From: Malacoraja senta
Taxonomy: Eukaryota
Length of the DNA: 64,000 bases
NCBI GenBank assembly: GCA_038087875.1
Contig: CM075991.1
Coordinates: 11,842,001 to 11,906,000 of the forward strand
Reading direction: 5' to 3'
The position numbers were made by a program, and so were the translations under genes. This document shows, in pieces, positions 9,625 through 21,359 of the stretch. Each line of letters begins with the position of its first letter. Position 1 is the first letter of the stretch. The notes beneath the pieces are model-generated. The model worked only from the letters and a program-made list of their open reading frames with translations. It was not told the origin of the DNA and made no database searches.

Positions 9625-10441
9625 TCTTTAGACTTAGACTTGGATTTAGATTCCTTTATTGTCATTCAGACCTTTCGGTCTGAACGAAATTTCGTTGCCT
9701 GCAGTCATACATATAATAAATAACAAAACACACAATAAACACAAATTAACATCCACCACAGTGAGTTCACCAGGCACCTCCTCACTGTGATGGAGGCAAA
9801 AGTCTTAAAGTCTCTGTCTCTTCTCTCTTTGTTCTCCCTCTGCGCTGAGGCGATCCAGGCTTCTGACGTTGTGACCCCGCCGGGTGATGGTAAGTCAGTC
9901 CCGCGGCTGAATCCGTGCTCCGTCCGCGACGGGCCGGTTCAAACTCCGCAGCCCGGGGTGGCCGAAGCTGCCGCCCTCCAGTCCAGCGGACGCAGCTGTA
10001 GTTGCGGGAGCCCCAGAAAAACAGGTCACCCACCTGTGACCTGCGAGCTCCCGACGATGTCGTCCACCGGGCCCGCGGCCGAGCCTCCGGACTCAGGTCG
10101 CAACAGCGTCCTCGGTCGCCACCGCCGGAACGCCACCGCAGCCCCGAAGCCGGCCAGCCCCGCGCTGGTAAGTCCTGGCTCTGCCTCCGGAGCCTCGAGG
10201 TCGGTCGGTCGCAGTTGGAGTTGGAGGCCGGCAGCTCCGCCATTTTGGCCCAGCGCAGACAGAGGCAGAGAAGGGGGATACGACAAGAAAAAGTCGCACC
10301 CCCCCCCCCACCCCACCCCACACATACACAACCCAATAAACTAAAATTTAACTAAAACAGGACAAAAGAAAACAACAACAAAAGTAAAAACAGACGGACT
10401 GCAGGCGAGCCGCAGCTGGGCAACAGCGCCGCCACTTCCGG
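9625..10441 (-). mobile_element. Non-autonomous LINE derivative (CpG-rich 5' part plus Rex-type GACAATAAA/microsatellite tail)
   Basis: Minus strand starts CCGGAAGTGGCGGCG (10441) and ends GACAATAAAG...AAGTCTAAGTCT; no RT-coding sequence. Confidence 0.6.
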
Positions 10442-10513
10442 AGTTGTTCTTTGTTCCTCTCTTTAACCAAGCTACTTTGACAATACTCTGTTGCAGCATT
10501 ATCAGCAAAGAAA

Positions 10514-10598
10514 ATGTCTGAAGGACCCTCCAACATATCTGGCCCTATTCCACCAGATCCAACGCTGTTCCCAGATTTTTACCGACGTCCGATATCAG
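10514..10598 (+). CDS. ENKD1: ENKD1 coding exon 1
   Basis: ATG at 10514, TCAG|gtgaac donor, 85 nt. Confidence 0.92.
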
Positions 10599-13500
10599 GT
10601 GAACGATTATTCCGGTTTTTTTTTCCAGGTGAAATTGCTCCAATTTTCCACTTTTGTAGTGTTAGTTAAATCACCGGTCTGATCTGGGTGGCCTTAAAGC
10701 AGAAGGCAGTACAACTGGGTGGCAAAGGGGGAGAAATATCTGGTTGTCACGCGATACAAGCTTTCTGTCATTCTATACACCAGGAAATAGTTTGCAACAC
10801 AGAGTTAAGGAAAGGCAAGGAGTAGGAAAGAGACAACAAATAAATTCTTATAGTAGACACAAAATAAATTCTTATCTTGTCAATAAAAAATAAAAATGCT
10901 AGACGTATTCGACAGTCCAGTTAATATCTATCGGGGAATGGTCTCGACCTGAATTGTCACCTGTTCCATCTCTCCAGTGATGCTGTCTGAGTTACTCCAG
11001 CTTTTTGTGTCCATTGACAGAGAAACAGTTAACAGATCAGGTCGTTGATCAGCTGTTTATCTTGTTAAATTAGCAAACGGACTGATTTGCTGTAAGCGTC
11101 ACAGTGTTGGACACTGAAGAAAATTAATGGATGGGTTCTTAGTGAAAGGTTAAGATGTTTTATGGGATAATGAGATACCTGTGTGTGATTGCAAGGCAGA
11201 CATTGGATGAAATGCGGAGTTGGATGAAATTAATCGGAGTAGTGAGGTGGCCTATTCCCCATTTTTTATTGGACCTGGTTTACAATTTATGTGAATCTTT
11301 TCTGGTGCCTTCTTTTGTGGGTGGATCCTATTGATCTGGTTATGTAAAGTGACAGAGAAATGTCTGTAATTGGGGGAGGGGTGGGAAGGGTATGGTGGGG
11401 GGGAGGGGTGGGAAGGGTATGGTGGGGGATGGGGATGGGGGGATGGGAAGGTGGTTGGGGGAGGGGTGGTGGGGGAGGGGTGGTGGTGGCGGGGTTGGGG
11501 GGTTGGGGGGTGGGGGGGGGGTCTCAACCCAAAACTTCACCAATACATCTCCATAGATGCTGCCTCACCCGCTGAGTTTCTCCTGCATTTTGTGTCTACC
11601 TCCCATCTAAGTTTAATTTCCTTCTGTTTCTGCCCGCAGCTCGGGGAAGGTTAGAAGGGAACAGCCTAAAGCTAGACTTCCTCACAGGACCACTGGCTCC
11701 AGACCCCACTTTGTACCCATCATGCTACAGTGCCCGTCTGCCCCGGCCAGCCCCTCGTGTACGTGCGGACGCCCGGGAGATCCTCGAGAGGGGGCAGAGG
11801 GGCTCTGTGGGCGTGCTGCTGCAGTTGGAAGGAGTGTCCCTGCACAGGCAGCCTCCGCCAAGAAGTTAGTGGACTCTTTTACTGCTTACATCTGTGTATC
11901 CTTCAGCAGCAACAAAGAACTGCAGATGCTGCTTTATAAAAACAGACACATAGAGTTGGAGCAACTCAGAAGGTCAGTCAGTTGGGTTGCCAACTTTCTC
12001 ACTCCCAAATAAGAGACAAAAGGTCAAAATAAAGGACAAATTCCCGACGGCAATTCCTTAACCGACTCGGCCGTGGCTGGGTGAATGATGAGTTGGCCCG
12101 GCAGCTGGACTGCACACAAAGCCCACTAAGGGCCAGCTGTGGAGTTTTGGCCCCAGCGCAACGTCGCGCGCAAAGTCCAGCACCCCATCCAGCTCGTGAG
12201 CCGATGATCGGCCATGAGAAGGAGGGGTGGTGGTGTCGGCGGTAAGTAAAGGTCCGAAGGTCGGACAGCTGGCCGGGCTGCCGACCGACCGACGGGGCCA
12301 CGGGCGAGGTGCTGCTGCTGCACTCCATGGGCTGCACTATGTCGGGACGGGTGAGGCGGGGCCGGATGCGGCGCTCCGACCCGACAGTCCCCTCGACCCG
12401 AGTAGTAGCAGTCAAAAACGGGACAAGGGCAGTCCCGTACAGGACAAACCAATTTAGCCCAATATACGGGATGTCCCGGCTAATACGGGACAGTTGGCAA
12501 CCCTATCAGTCAGCATCTCTGGAGAACATGGATAGTTGATGTTTTGGGTCGGTGCCCTTCCTCAGGGTCCTGAGTAGAATCGTTACCTATCCTTGTTCTC
12601 CAGAAATGTTGCCTGACCCTCTGAGTTACTCTAACTCTTTGTGTATCCATTAGTGTTGGGTCTGCAATTACCTGTGCTGAACAGCCTTATTGCTCTAGTG
12701 GGATATCTCCATTAATGAAAAAGCATATTAAAAAACACAGTAATTGTTCTATATTAAATATAAATCTGCTTGTGTTTGATTTGGGGAGACCTGATAGAAG
12801 TGTGTAAAATTATAAGAGGCATTGATAGGGTAGACTGTCAAAACTTTTTTCCCAGGATGGAAAAATCAAATCTCAGATGGCATAGCTTTAAGGTGTTAAA
12901 GGAGATTGCAGGGCAATTTTTTTTTGTACAGATGGTGGTGGGGGTGGGGGCCTGGAATGCGCTGTCAGGGGTGGTGGTGGAGGCACATATAATAGTGGCA
13001 TTTAAGAGACTTTTGGATGGGTACTTAGACATGCAGGGAATGGAGGAACATGGATGTGCGAGCAGATAAGAGGTTGGTCTAGGCATCATGTTCGGCACAG
13101 ACACTGGGCCGAAGGGCCTGTTACTGTGCTGTTCTATACTTGCAGGCACTAGACTCCAAACGTTTCTGAGTTGGTCGGAGTTTGCAGACAGCTTTTGATG
13201 AGGGGACGGCAACAGTGTGTGTTTGGCTATTGCATGGTGTTTTGGTGATCTATCCGGACTCCTGGCGTTGCATCTGTGCCTCCCAATTTATAGAACAGGA
13301 ACAGGCCCTTCGGCCCACAGTGCCTGTGCCAAACATGACACCAAGACCATCTCCTATCAGCCTGCACATAATCCGTATTCTTCATTCCCCGCATATCCAT
13401 GTGCCTATCCAAACATCTCTTCTGCCATATTATGGAAATGTTTACAGAAATCCCAGTAATGGTTAGATGACCAGTAATTTAGTACTGTAAAAAAAATCTC

Positions 13501-16500
13501 TCAGCTCACTAGAGATTTTTTATTCCAATTGCATGGACCAGTATTAGGAGAGGAACACACCCTTCGGCCCACAATGTCCGCACCGAACATGAAGCCAAGT
13601 AAAATGAACCTCCTCCAAATGAGAGTAAATCCAATCCTGAGGATTGCTCTCCATTAGCGCCCAAACCACTGCCATGAGGCTCACCGGCCTATAATCTCCT
13701 GGATTTAAGAAGGATTTTGTTTCTTGCCAGAGAAGGAGCCCAGGGATCACGAGAAGGAGAACGTGCGGCGAATGCGGGAGATCCAGAAAAAATGCAGAGA
13801 GAAGGACCACGAGCGTGAACAGAGCGGCCCCAAACCGGTGAAAGCGTTGTGGAAATCCCACAAGTATGAATCCATTCCATCAAAAGTGATGGCTCGCTTA
13901 CAGGTAAAGGCCCGGCCTAGGTGTGAGAGAAGTTCATGGCAGGCAGGAGAGTAGTGGGAGGCTCCTGAATGAATAGTGAGATGGATAAGGGGTTGGACAG
14001 GCTAGATGCAGGGAGATTGCTCCCGATGTTGGGGAAGTCCAGGACAAGGGGTCACAGCTTAAGGATAAGGGGGAAATCCTTTAAAACCGAGATGAGAAGA
14101 ACTTTTTTCACACAGAGAGTGATGAATCTCTGGAACTCTCTGCCACAGAGGGTAGTCGAGGCCAGTTCATTGGCTATATTTAAGAGGGAGTTAGATGTGG
14201 CCCTTGTGGCTAAAGGGATCAGAGGGTATGGAGAGAAGGCAGGTACGGGATACTGAGTTGGATGATCAGCCATGATCATATTGAATGGCGGTGCAGGCTC
14301 GAAGGGCCGAATGGCCTACTCCTGCACCTAATTTCTATGTTTCTATGTTTCTATAAACTTGCACAAAGCAGAACAGAGTAAATGACTTGTGTGTGGAGTG
14401 GGTGGGCTCCGTATGAAGGGGGATGATGTCGGCAGTAGCTGATGAACATGTATGGAAGCTCTGTGCAAACGTTAGAGAATCCTCCTAGATAGTCCGAAGA
14501 AGTCTGAGGAAGGGTCTCGACCCGAAACAGCACCCATTCCTTCTCTCCAGAGATGCTGCCTGTCCCGCTGAGTTACTCCAGCATTTTGTGTCTATCTTCG
14601 ATTTAAACCGGCATTTCCTTCCTACACAGAGAATCCTCCTCCACCCCCATTGTTGTTGGAGTTATTGGATGTAACTGTGACAAACCTCATTATTATAAGT
14701 CAGTGGAGCCTGGGGCCAAACTGTGCTGTAACTGTGGACTATGTATGGAATTATATTAAATAACTTAAGGAGGAGGAAAAATAAAATATAATGCACCATC
14801 TTCCAGTTCACTATTGTAGAAATCTGACCATCTTTTAAAAAGGTAAACCACATAGTGCTTGAGCAAGCACGCCAGGCAGCATGTGCAGACGGAATGGATA
14901 GGCAACATTTTGGGTGGGAACCTTTCTTCAGACTTTTGCTGATTTAAATAAAAATTGTAGCTGTTAATTCCAACTAAATTCCTCCTGGCATGTCATGATT
15001 GTCACTTTTTTGCGATCAAAGTGGTACACTTTCAGGGTGGCACAGCTGGTAGAGATGCTGCCTCACGATGCCACAGGCCCGGGTTTGATCCTGACATCAG
15101 ACGCTGGCTGTGTGGCGATTGCACGTTCTCTTTGGGGTTTCATCCCAGAGACTTGCAGCTTTGCAGATTAATCGGCCTCTGTATACTACCCCCTAGTGTG
15201 TAGGGTGTGATGCGAAAGTGGGATAACATAGAACTAGTGTGAATGGATGATCGATGGTCGGCCTGGACTCAATGGGCTGAAAGACAAGTTTCCACTTTTT
15301 ATCTCCAAGCCTAAAAAACAAATATTTAAAACTTTTGCACGTAAGGTTTGTGAACCTTATTGCTCTAACTTATGATATTGTATGTTCAAATCTGTTGGTT
15401 AGTGAACAGACATATTATATATTGGTGTATCTCTTATGTCAGGCATATAGAAAGGATGCTGCATCAGTATAGGGACTGCACAGACAACACACCCCAAACT
15501 ATCCAGGACACTAATCTCAAAATGCACTAAGGAAGGGACACACTAATAGGTAGGTTTTCCCTTTATTCATTATCTGGACACTTTAAAACTACATTTTTAG
15601 GAAAATGAACTGGAATTACTCAGTGTGCCAGTCAGCATCTCGGGAGGGAATGGACAAGTGACATTATGGCTTCTTCAGTCTGAAGAAGGGTCCTGACCCG
15701 AAACGTTGCCTGTCCATCCCCTCCAGAGATGCTGCCTGACCCACGGGAATCCTCCAGCACTTTGTGTTTTGCTCCAGATTCCAGCATTGGCAGTCTCCTG
15801 TGTCTCTAGTACTCAGTCATGACTGTAAGTATCACCAGGAGGTCAAATAAGCTGACTACATAGAAAATAGGTGCAGGAGTAGGCCATTCGGCCCCCTCGA
15901 GCCAGCACCGCCATTCAATATGATCCTGGCTGATCATCCAAAATCAGTACCCCGTTCCTGCTTTCCCCCCATACATTGGGGCTGACACCTTGGCTTTCGT
16001 TTCTCTATTTTAATTTCTTCCACAAGATGAGTGTGTCGGAACCTGCAGCATAACTGAGCAGTGCAGAGTGTTCCTTAAATATTACCGAAGGCATTTCCGA
16101 TTTGTATCTGGTCAAAGACAGTCGTAGTGTGTGGGGTGAATTCTTGAATACATGCCTGTAACCAGGTTGCAGACTTTCCCAAAAGCTGACTGATTTATTT
16201 TCTGTCTTTTCTGTCATTTCTCCTCAGGACAACTCACCCCCCAAGCCTTTGGATAATCAGCACTACCTTAAAGCTCACTCGCGATGTGGGACTGGGTCGG
16301 TCCCAAGAGATCCACGTCCCCGAGCACAACCAAAGCAGAGATGTGTGTCGAGGCTCCAGAGGATTCTATCGCAAATGTGAGTGAAATATTGGACAGAACG
16401 CACCAAGTATTTAAACGTAGGTAGACAGAAATGCTGGAGAAACTCAGCGGGTGAGGCAGCATCTATGGAGCGAAGGAATAGGTGACGTTTCGGGTCGAGA

Positions 16501-19500
16501 CCCGAAAAATCTTTGATTTTTCCAGCATCTGCAGTTCCTTCTTAAACATTAAGTATTTAAACATGACTTTCATGCTTCGTTTAGTTTAGAGATGCAGCAC
16601 GGAAACAGCCCCTCGCCCCATTGAGCCCACAATCACCTGTTCACACTAGTTCCATATTATCCCAGTTTTGCATCCACTCCATACACACTAGGGGCTATTG
16701 ACAGAGAGCCAATTAACCTGCAGACCCGCATGTCTTAGGGATGTGGATGTGGGAGGAAACCTACTCGGTCACAGGGAGAATGTGTATACTCCACACAGAC
16801 AGCACCCGAGGTCAGGATTGAACTTGCATCTCTGGCACTGTGAGGCAGCAGCTCTACCAGCTGCGCCACTGTGCTGCCCAAATGATCAAACTGAAGCATT
16901 ATTCAATCCAAGGACAATATTACCAACTTGCAAACTCATTGCCTACAACGTGTCTAGGAAAGACTTTTGTGGGAACGTCTTGATAATCATAGAGCATAGA
17001 GCAGTACAGGAACAGGCCCTTCAGACCACAATGTCTGTGTCGAACATGATGTCAAGACCAAGTATATGCCTGCACGTAATCCATATCCCTCCATTCCTGC
17101 ATATCCATGTGCCTATCTAAATGTCTCTCAATTGCCAGGCACCCTGTACCTTCTGTGTAAAAAACCCCACTTGCCACGTACATCTTTACACTTTGCCCCC
17201 TCACCTTAAAACTATGCCTTAAACCTCTGATATAACCTCTCTGTAAATTTGCTGTTAATGCGACTAATGAAAGTGAATTTTGTTTCCTGATCATAATTAC
17301 TAACCTGCTTGTTTTTTAATTGCAGGCTCAAGTCACAGGCGTCAGTATAGATTTCATCAGGCACAACGCCCAGAATGCAAGGAAAATGCCAGTGCGACGC
17401 TCCAAATCTCTGCAGTCCCTGACAGACGTGCTGGACAGGAAAGAGAAAGAACAGCAGGACTACATCAGCCAGAATAAAGGACAGCTACCGCAGTAGTAAG
17501 GAATACATTACTCAGCAATCCTTTTCCTTCACCTCTTCCGCTGCAAGAGGGTGCTGTTGGTAGCTTTTATCTCAGAAATTATCCCTGCCTCACTCACCTT
17601 AACCTCCTACTCAATCCCGACACAACCTTCCACATATCTCCATACAGCGCCAGAGACCCAGGTTCAATCCTGTCTGTACGGAGTTTGTACGTTCTCCCCG
17701 TGGCCTGTGTGGGTTTTCTCCAGGAGCTCCGGTTTCCTCCCACACTCCAAAGACTTACAGGTTTGTAGGTTAATTGGCTTGGGAAAATTGTAACTTGTCC
17801 CTGGTATGTAGGATAGCGTTAGTGTGCGGGGATCACTGGTCGGCAAGGATTCGATGGGCCGAAGGGGCTGTTACTGCACTGTGTCTGTAAACTAAACTAA
17901 CCAAAGATGCCCTGCTCTGCTCTGCCTTGAACGGTCTTGCAATTGGTCATCCCTGCTTCTGGCGATTCCTTTACATCTTTTCCAGAGCTACATTTGGCGT
18001 TTGCTACCCTGTGAGATCGACCAGCGTTGAATCTCACATGCCGAGGCCGACCACGGCACCGTGTCCATGACTGTCCCTCAGGTGGTGAACCCAGAGTCTT
18101 GCACTTGTGGCCCTTTGCCCTCTCACCTGTGTCAAGTAGGACACAGTACAGCTCAGGAACAGGCTCTTCGGCCCACAATGTCTGTGCCGAACATGATGCC
18201 AGGATAAACTCATCTCCTCTCCGATCCATATCCCTCCATTCCCTGCATATCCACCATCCTACCCAAAAGCCTCTTAAATGCCACTATTGATTCTGCCCCC
18301 ACCACCACCCTGGCAGTGCATTCCTGGCATCCACCACCTTCTGTGTAAAAACAAAACTTCCCTGCACATCTCCTTTAAACTCTGCATCTCTCACCTTAAA
18401 GCTAAGCTCTCTGGTCTTTGACATTTCCACCCTGGGGGAAAAGGTTCTGTCTGCTTACCCTATATATATATATATATATACACCTCTCATAATTTTATAA
18501 ACTTCTATCAGGTCTCCCCTCAACCTCCAACGCTCCAGAGAAAACAATCTAACCTTTCCTTGTAGCTACTACCCTCTTCCACCATCCCCTCAGCATTGAA
18601 GTCAACTTATACTGAAGGGTTTCCTCCTCCATTACATTTCCAAACTGGATCATGTTACGATCAGTAATGTTTTTACAACTCAGCTTTGGATTCCCTCACT
18701 CACCCACAATTAGCTGCTGATTAATCTTGTTCACTCCATTTGCAATATTTATGGTTATATATCTCAGTCTTACCCAAATCCTTTGGCAAGGTTTCTAAGT
18801 TTGAAAAGTGGAGCACGTACAAGGCATGTCCATTGTTCCAGAGTGAAATTGTCAAATTAAATGTTATTTGCTTTTCTTCCTTTAAGTAAAAACTAAATTT
18901 TTCCATTTTCTTTTCTCGCTCAGAACATTTAATAAACTTATCGAATAGTGTAAGGCTTGGATAGAGTGGATGTGGAGAGAATGTTTCCACTAGTGAGAGA
19001 GTCTAGAGACTAGAGGCCGTAGCCTCAGAATTAAAGCTCGTTCCTTTAGGAAGGAGATGAGGAGGAATTTCTTTCGTCAGAGGGGGGTAAATCTGTGGAA
19101 TTAGTAGCCAAGTCAATGGATATTTTTAAGGCAAAGATAGATAGATTTTTGATTAGTACGGGTGTCAGGGGTTATGGGGAGAAGGCAGGAGAATGCGGTT
19201 AGGAGGGAGAGATAGATCAGACATGATTGAATGGTGGAGGAGACTTGATGGGCCGAATGACCTAATTCTGCTCCTATCACTTATGACCTCATAAATACTC
19301 TCATAAATCCTCTCCCGCGTTTCCAGTTTAATTGAACGGCGGAATCAATGGAGGAAAGAGGCGGAAGAGCGACAGAAAAATATCCCTGACCCCAGCATGC
19401 CTCCAGGTCACACCAGGATGCCAGAGAATGAAAGACTGGAAACACTCAGTTCCCTCCAACAAAGTAAGTTTACTGTGCTCTCCCTGCTGTAGAGGATAAC

Positions 19501-20373
19501 ATCTCTAGGATGTCCCGAAACGTCACCTATTCCTTTTCTCCAGAGATGCTGTCTGACCCGCTGAGTTACTCCAGCTTTCTGTGTCTATCGTCTGATGAAT
19601 TATTGACAGGGTAACAGTTTGTGGATAACACTTGCTCCTGCACCAACTCTACATTTGGGTGAAACAAGCATTTCAGTCCAGCTCGCCCCACACACTCGCT
19701 GAGAATGTACCGTGTACAGATCACGCTCGGACAAAGCAGTGCCCAGCGATTGCAAGTTTTAAACAAATAAGTAAAGCCATTTTGCATTTCCAAAAGCAAG
19801 AGCTGCAGATGCTGGAAGTCTCAATTAGAAGCAGAACATGGTGATAATATATGGTAGTCAAAAGTGCTGGAGAAACGCAGCGGGTGCGGCAGCATCTATG
19901 GAGCGAGTTTCATAGATGGACCATTGCTCCATAGATGCTGCCTCACCCGCTGTGTTTCTCCAGCACTTTTGTCTACCTTAGAATTTCCAGCATCTGCAGC
20001 TCCTTCTTGAACATGGTGATAATATACAGCAGGTCAGGCAGTATCAATGGAGAAAAAAGACAATATTTTGGGTTAATGACATTTCATCAGCCCGTGAACT
20101 ATTCAAGCTACATTGGTGATGCAAGTTGAGTGTTTAAAGTATTTATGTTTTAATTAACTTGAACTACCTGCTCACCTTGTTTAATCTGCTTCCTGCCAAC
20201 CCCTACCCCTAGCCCAAAATCAGCTGATCAAGCAATTGCTGATGTTTCCTGTGCGGGTGGATACGATTGGCATGCAGAATAGACGCGCTGACCTTGAGAA
20301 GAAACTGGCAGAGATCGAAGAGGCCATTAAAATCTTCTCTCGGCCCAAAGTTTTCATCAAAGTTAATGTCTGA
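10514..20373 (+). CDS. ENKD1: Enkurin domain-containing protein 1: exons 10514-10598, 11640-11864, 13731-13903, 16228-16376, 17326-17495, 19327-19463, 20213-20373 (apparent 1-nt frameshift in 16228-16376)
   Basis: MSEGPSNISGPIPPDPTL..., ARGRLEGNSLKLD, EILERGQRG, RDHEKENVRRMREIQ, HYLKAHSRCG, DFIRHNA, PDPSMPPGHTRMPENERLETL and EEAIKIFSRPKVFIK match vertebrate ENKD1. CDS sum is 1100 nt (3n-1). Confidence 0.93.
11375..11522 (+). repeat. G-rich low-complexity tract
   Basis: GGGGAGGGGTGGGAAGGGTATGGT twice plus G-runs. Confidence 0.85.
11640..11864 (+). CDS. ENKD1: ENKD1 coding exon 2
   Basis: cgcag|C acceptor, AGAA|gttagt donor, 225 nt. Confidence 0.92.
11982..12505. mobile_element. hAT-superfamily MITE (524 bp), 8-bp TSD
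   Basis: TIRs TTGGGTTGCCAAC / GTTGGCAACCCTA; TCAGTCAG at 11974-11981 and 12506-12513; splits a Penelope-derived element. Confidence 0.88.
12785..13135 (+). mobile_element. Older CR1-type LINE 3' fragment
   Basis: ORF 12770-13069: GDLIEVCKIIRGIDRVD...WNAL; gggccgaagggcctg tail. Confidence 0.75.
13731..13903 (+). CDS. ENKD1: ENKD1 coding exon 3
   Basis: gccag|AG acceptor, CAG|gtaaag donor, 173 nt. Confidence 0.94.
13985..14353 (+). mobile_element. Young CR1-type LINE 3' end
   Basis: [10 protein letters not shown]...WNSLPQRVVEASSL; (TTTCTATG)n tail. Confidence 0.9.
14487..14627 (+). mobile_element. Single-arm Penelope-derived hammerhead element; 13-bp TSD
   Basis: AGAGAATCCTCCT at 14474-14486 and 14628-14640. 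Confidence 0.8.
15036..15312 (+). mobile_element. HE1-type V-SINE (diverged)
   Basis: tRNA-like head GGTGGCACAGCTGGTAGAG...GGTTTGATCC plus V-core and CR1-like tail. Confidence 0.75.
15676..15710 (+). ncRNA. Minimal hammerhead ribozyme motif (intact core)
   Basis: CTGAAGA-A-GGGTC(CT)GACCC-GAAAC-GTT; predicted cleavage after 15707. Confidence 0.65.
16228..16376 (+). CDS. ENKD1: ENKD1 coding exon 4 (149 nt; one base short of frame)
   Basis: ctcag|GAC acceptor, HYLKAHSRCG, AAT|gtgagt donor. Confidence 0.85.
16417..16547. mobile_element. Fold-back Penelope-derived mini-element; 12-bp TSD
   Basis: AAGTATTTAAAC at 16405-16416 and 16551-16562. Confidence 0.8.
16579..16878 (-). mobile_element. HE1-type V-SINE
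   Basis: Reverse complement of SINE head (ctctaccagctgcgccactgtgctgcc) and tail (gtttagtttagagat). Confidence 0.8.
17326..17495 (+). CDS. ENKD1: ENKD1 coding exon 5
   Basis: TACTAAC branch point at 17298-17304, tgcag|GCT acceptor, TA|gtaagg donor, IDFIRHNA. Confidence 0.93.
17643..17901 (+). mobile_element. HE1-type V-SINE (5' truncated)
   Basis: V-core ggagtttgtacgttctccccgtg...ggtttcctcccacactccaaagac; (AAACT)n tail. Confidence 0.8.
18461..18480. repeat. (TA)10 microsatellite
   Basis: Directly visible. Confidence 0.95.
18940..19290 (+). mobile_element. CR1-type LINE 3' fragment
   Basis: aggcttggatagagtggatgtggagagaatgtttccactagtg...gggccgaatg. Confidence 0.8.
19327..19463 (+). CDS. ENKD1: ENKD1 coding exon 6
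   Basis: ttccag|T acceptor, CAAA|gtaagt donor, 137 nt. Confidence 0.94.
19852..20009. mobile_element. Fold-back Penelope-derived mini-element; 17-bp TSD
   Basis: AACATGGTGATAATATA at 19835-19851 and 20010-20026. Confidence 0.82.
20213..20373 (+). CDS. ENKD1: ENKD1 coding exon 7 (enkurin domain end, stop TGA)
   Basis: cctag|CC acceptor; ...KIFSRPKVFIKVNV*. Confidence 0.94.
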
Positions 20374-21359
20374 GCAGCTCAGAAAGGTAAAATTCAGGTT
20401 GCAGCAACATTTCTGTTTCTGGTTATTGCTTGGAATAATGGTTATGATGTGAAAGGCTTGGTTGTGATGTGAATGTATTGTATTGTATATCTTTATTGTC
20501 ATTTCCTGAGTATTCGCATACCCAGAGGAAACAAAAAAACGTTCCTCAACCAGTGTCCATTTCAGTGTGCAGTAAAAATGGGGAGAAGAGAGTTGAGGTG
20601 TATGAAAACAAACTTGAATCAGATACCAAATACACAGGACAAGATGTTAAAAATCCAAAGTGCCAAATATCAACTTGCTCCCGGTGGTGATGGGAGCCTT
20701 ATGCACTCACCTATGCTCCTCCGATGTTGAGAAAGGCTAGGCAGATACGTCATTGGGGTTATCAAGTGGGCACCTTTTCACTGGTGCAGCGAGCAGAGCA
20801 GAGACCTGGGATTGATCCTGATCCCAATCCCGAGTGTTGTGGAGTTTACATGATCTTCCTGTGACTGTATGGATTTCTTCCAGGTGCACCTCCCACTCCA
20901 CAAAGACATGAAGGTTAATTGGCTTCTGTAACTACCCCTAGATTGCTGGGAGTGGTTGCAAAAGTGGAATTATTGTGAATGGGTGATCGATGGTTGGTGT
21001 GGATTTGGTGGGCCGAAGGTCCTGTTTCTATGCAGTATCAATCATATTGAATGTAGGTGCTGGCTCGAAGGGCCAAATGGCCTATCCCTGCACCTATTTT
21101 TCTATGTTTCTAATTTCCTACGAAAATTATCTTTTCAAAACTAGTGATTTTGTTCATCACTGAATTAAATTTAGAAGTTTAGATGAAACCTATTTTGTAG
21201 CCAAATTTATAATTTGAATCCTCTGAATTATAGTTTTGTTCTTGTTCCTTTACATTGCAGGCTTTTAAACGGAGACATTTCTGGACTGCAGGAAACAAGT
21301 TGGAGCTACGGCACACTTTGCTTTCTGAATCTGTTGGTAACGTTTCTCACAGACCTGTA

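Noticed and set aside
9782-10355. 185-aa and 184-aa overlapping ORFs (one with a signal-peptide-like start)
   Set aside because: They lie in a GC-rich repeat element; open in several frames on both strands with no recognisable domain.
10514-20373. ENKUR (enkurin) or a processed pseudogene
   Set aside because: The N-terminus and motifs are ENKD1-specific, and introns are present.
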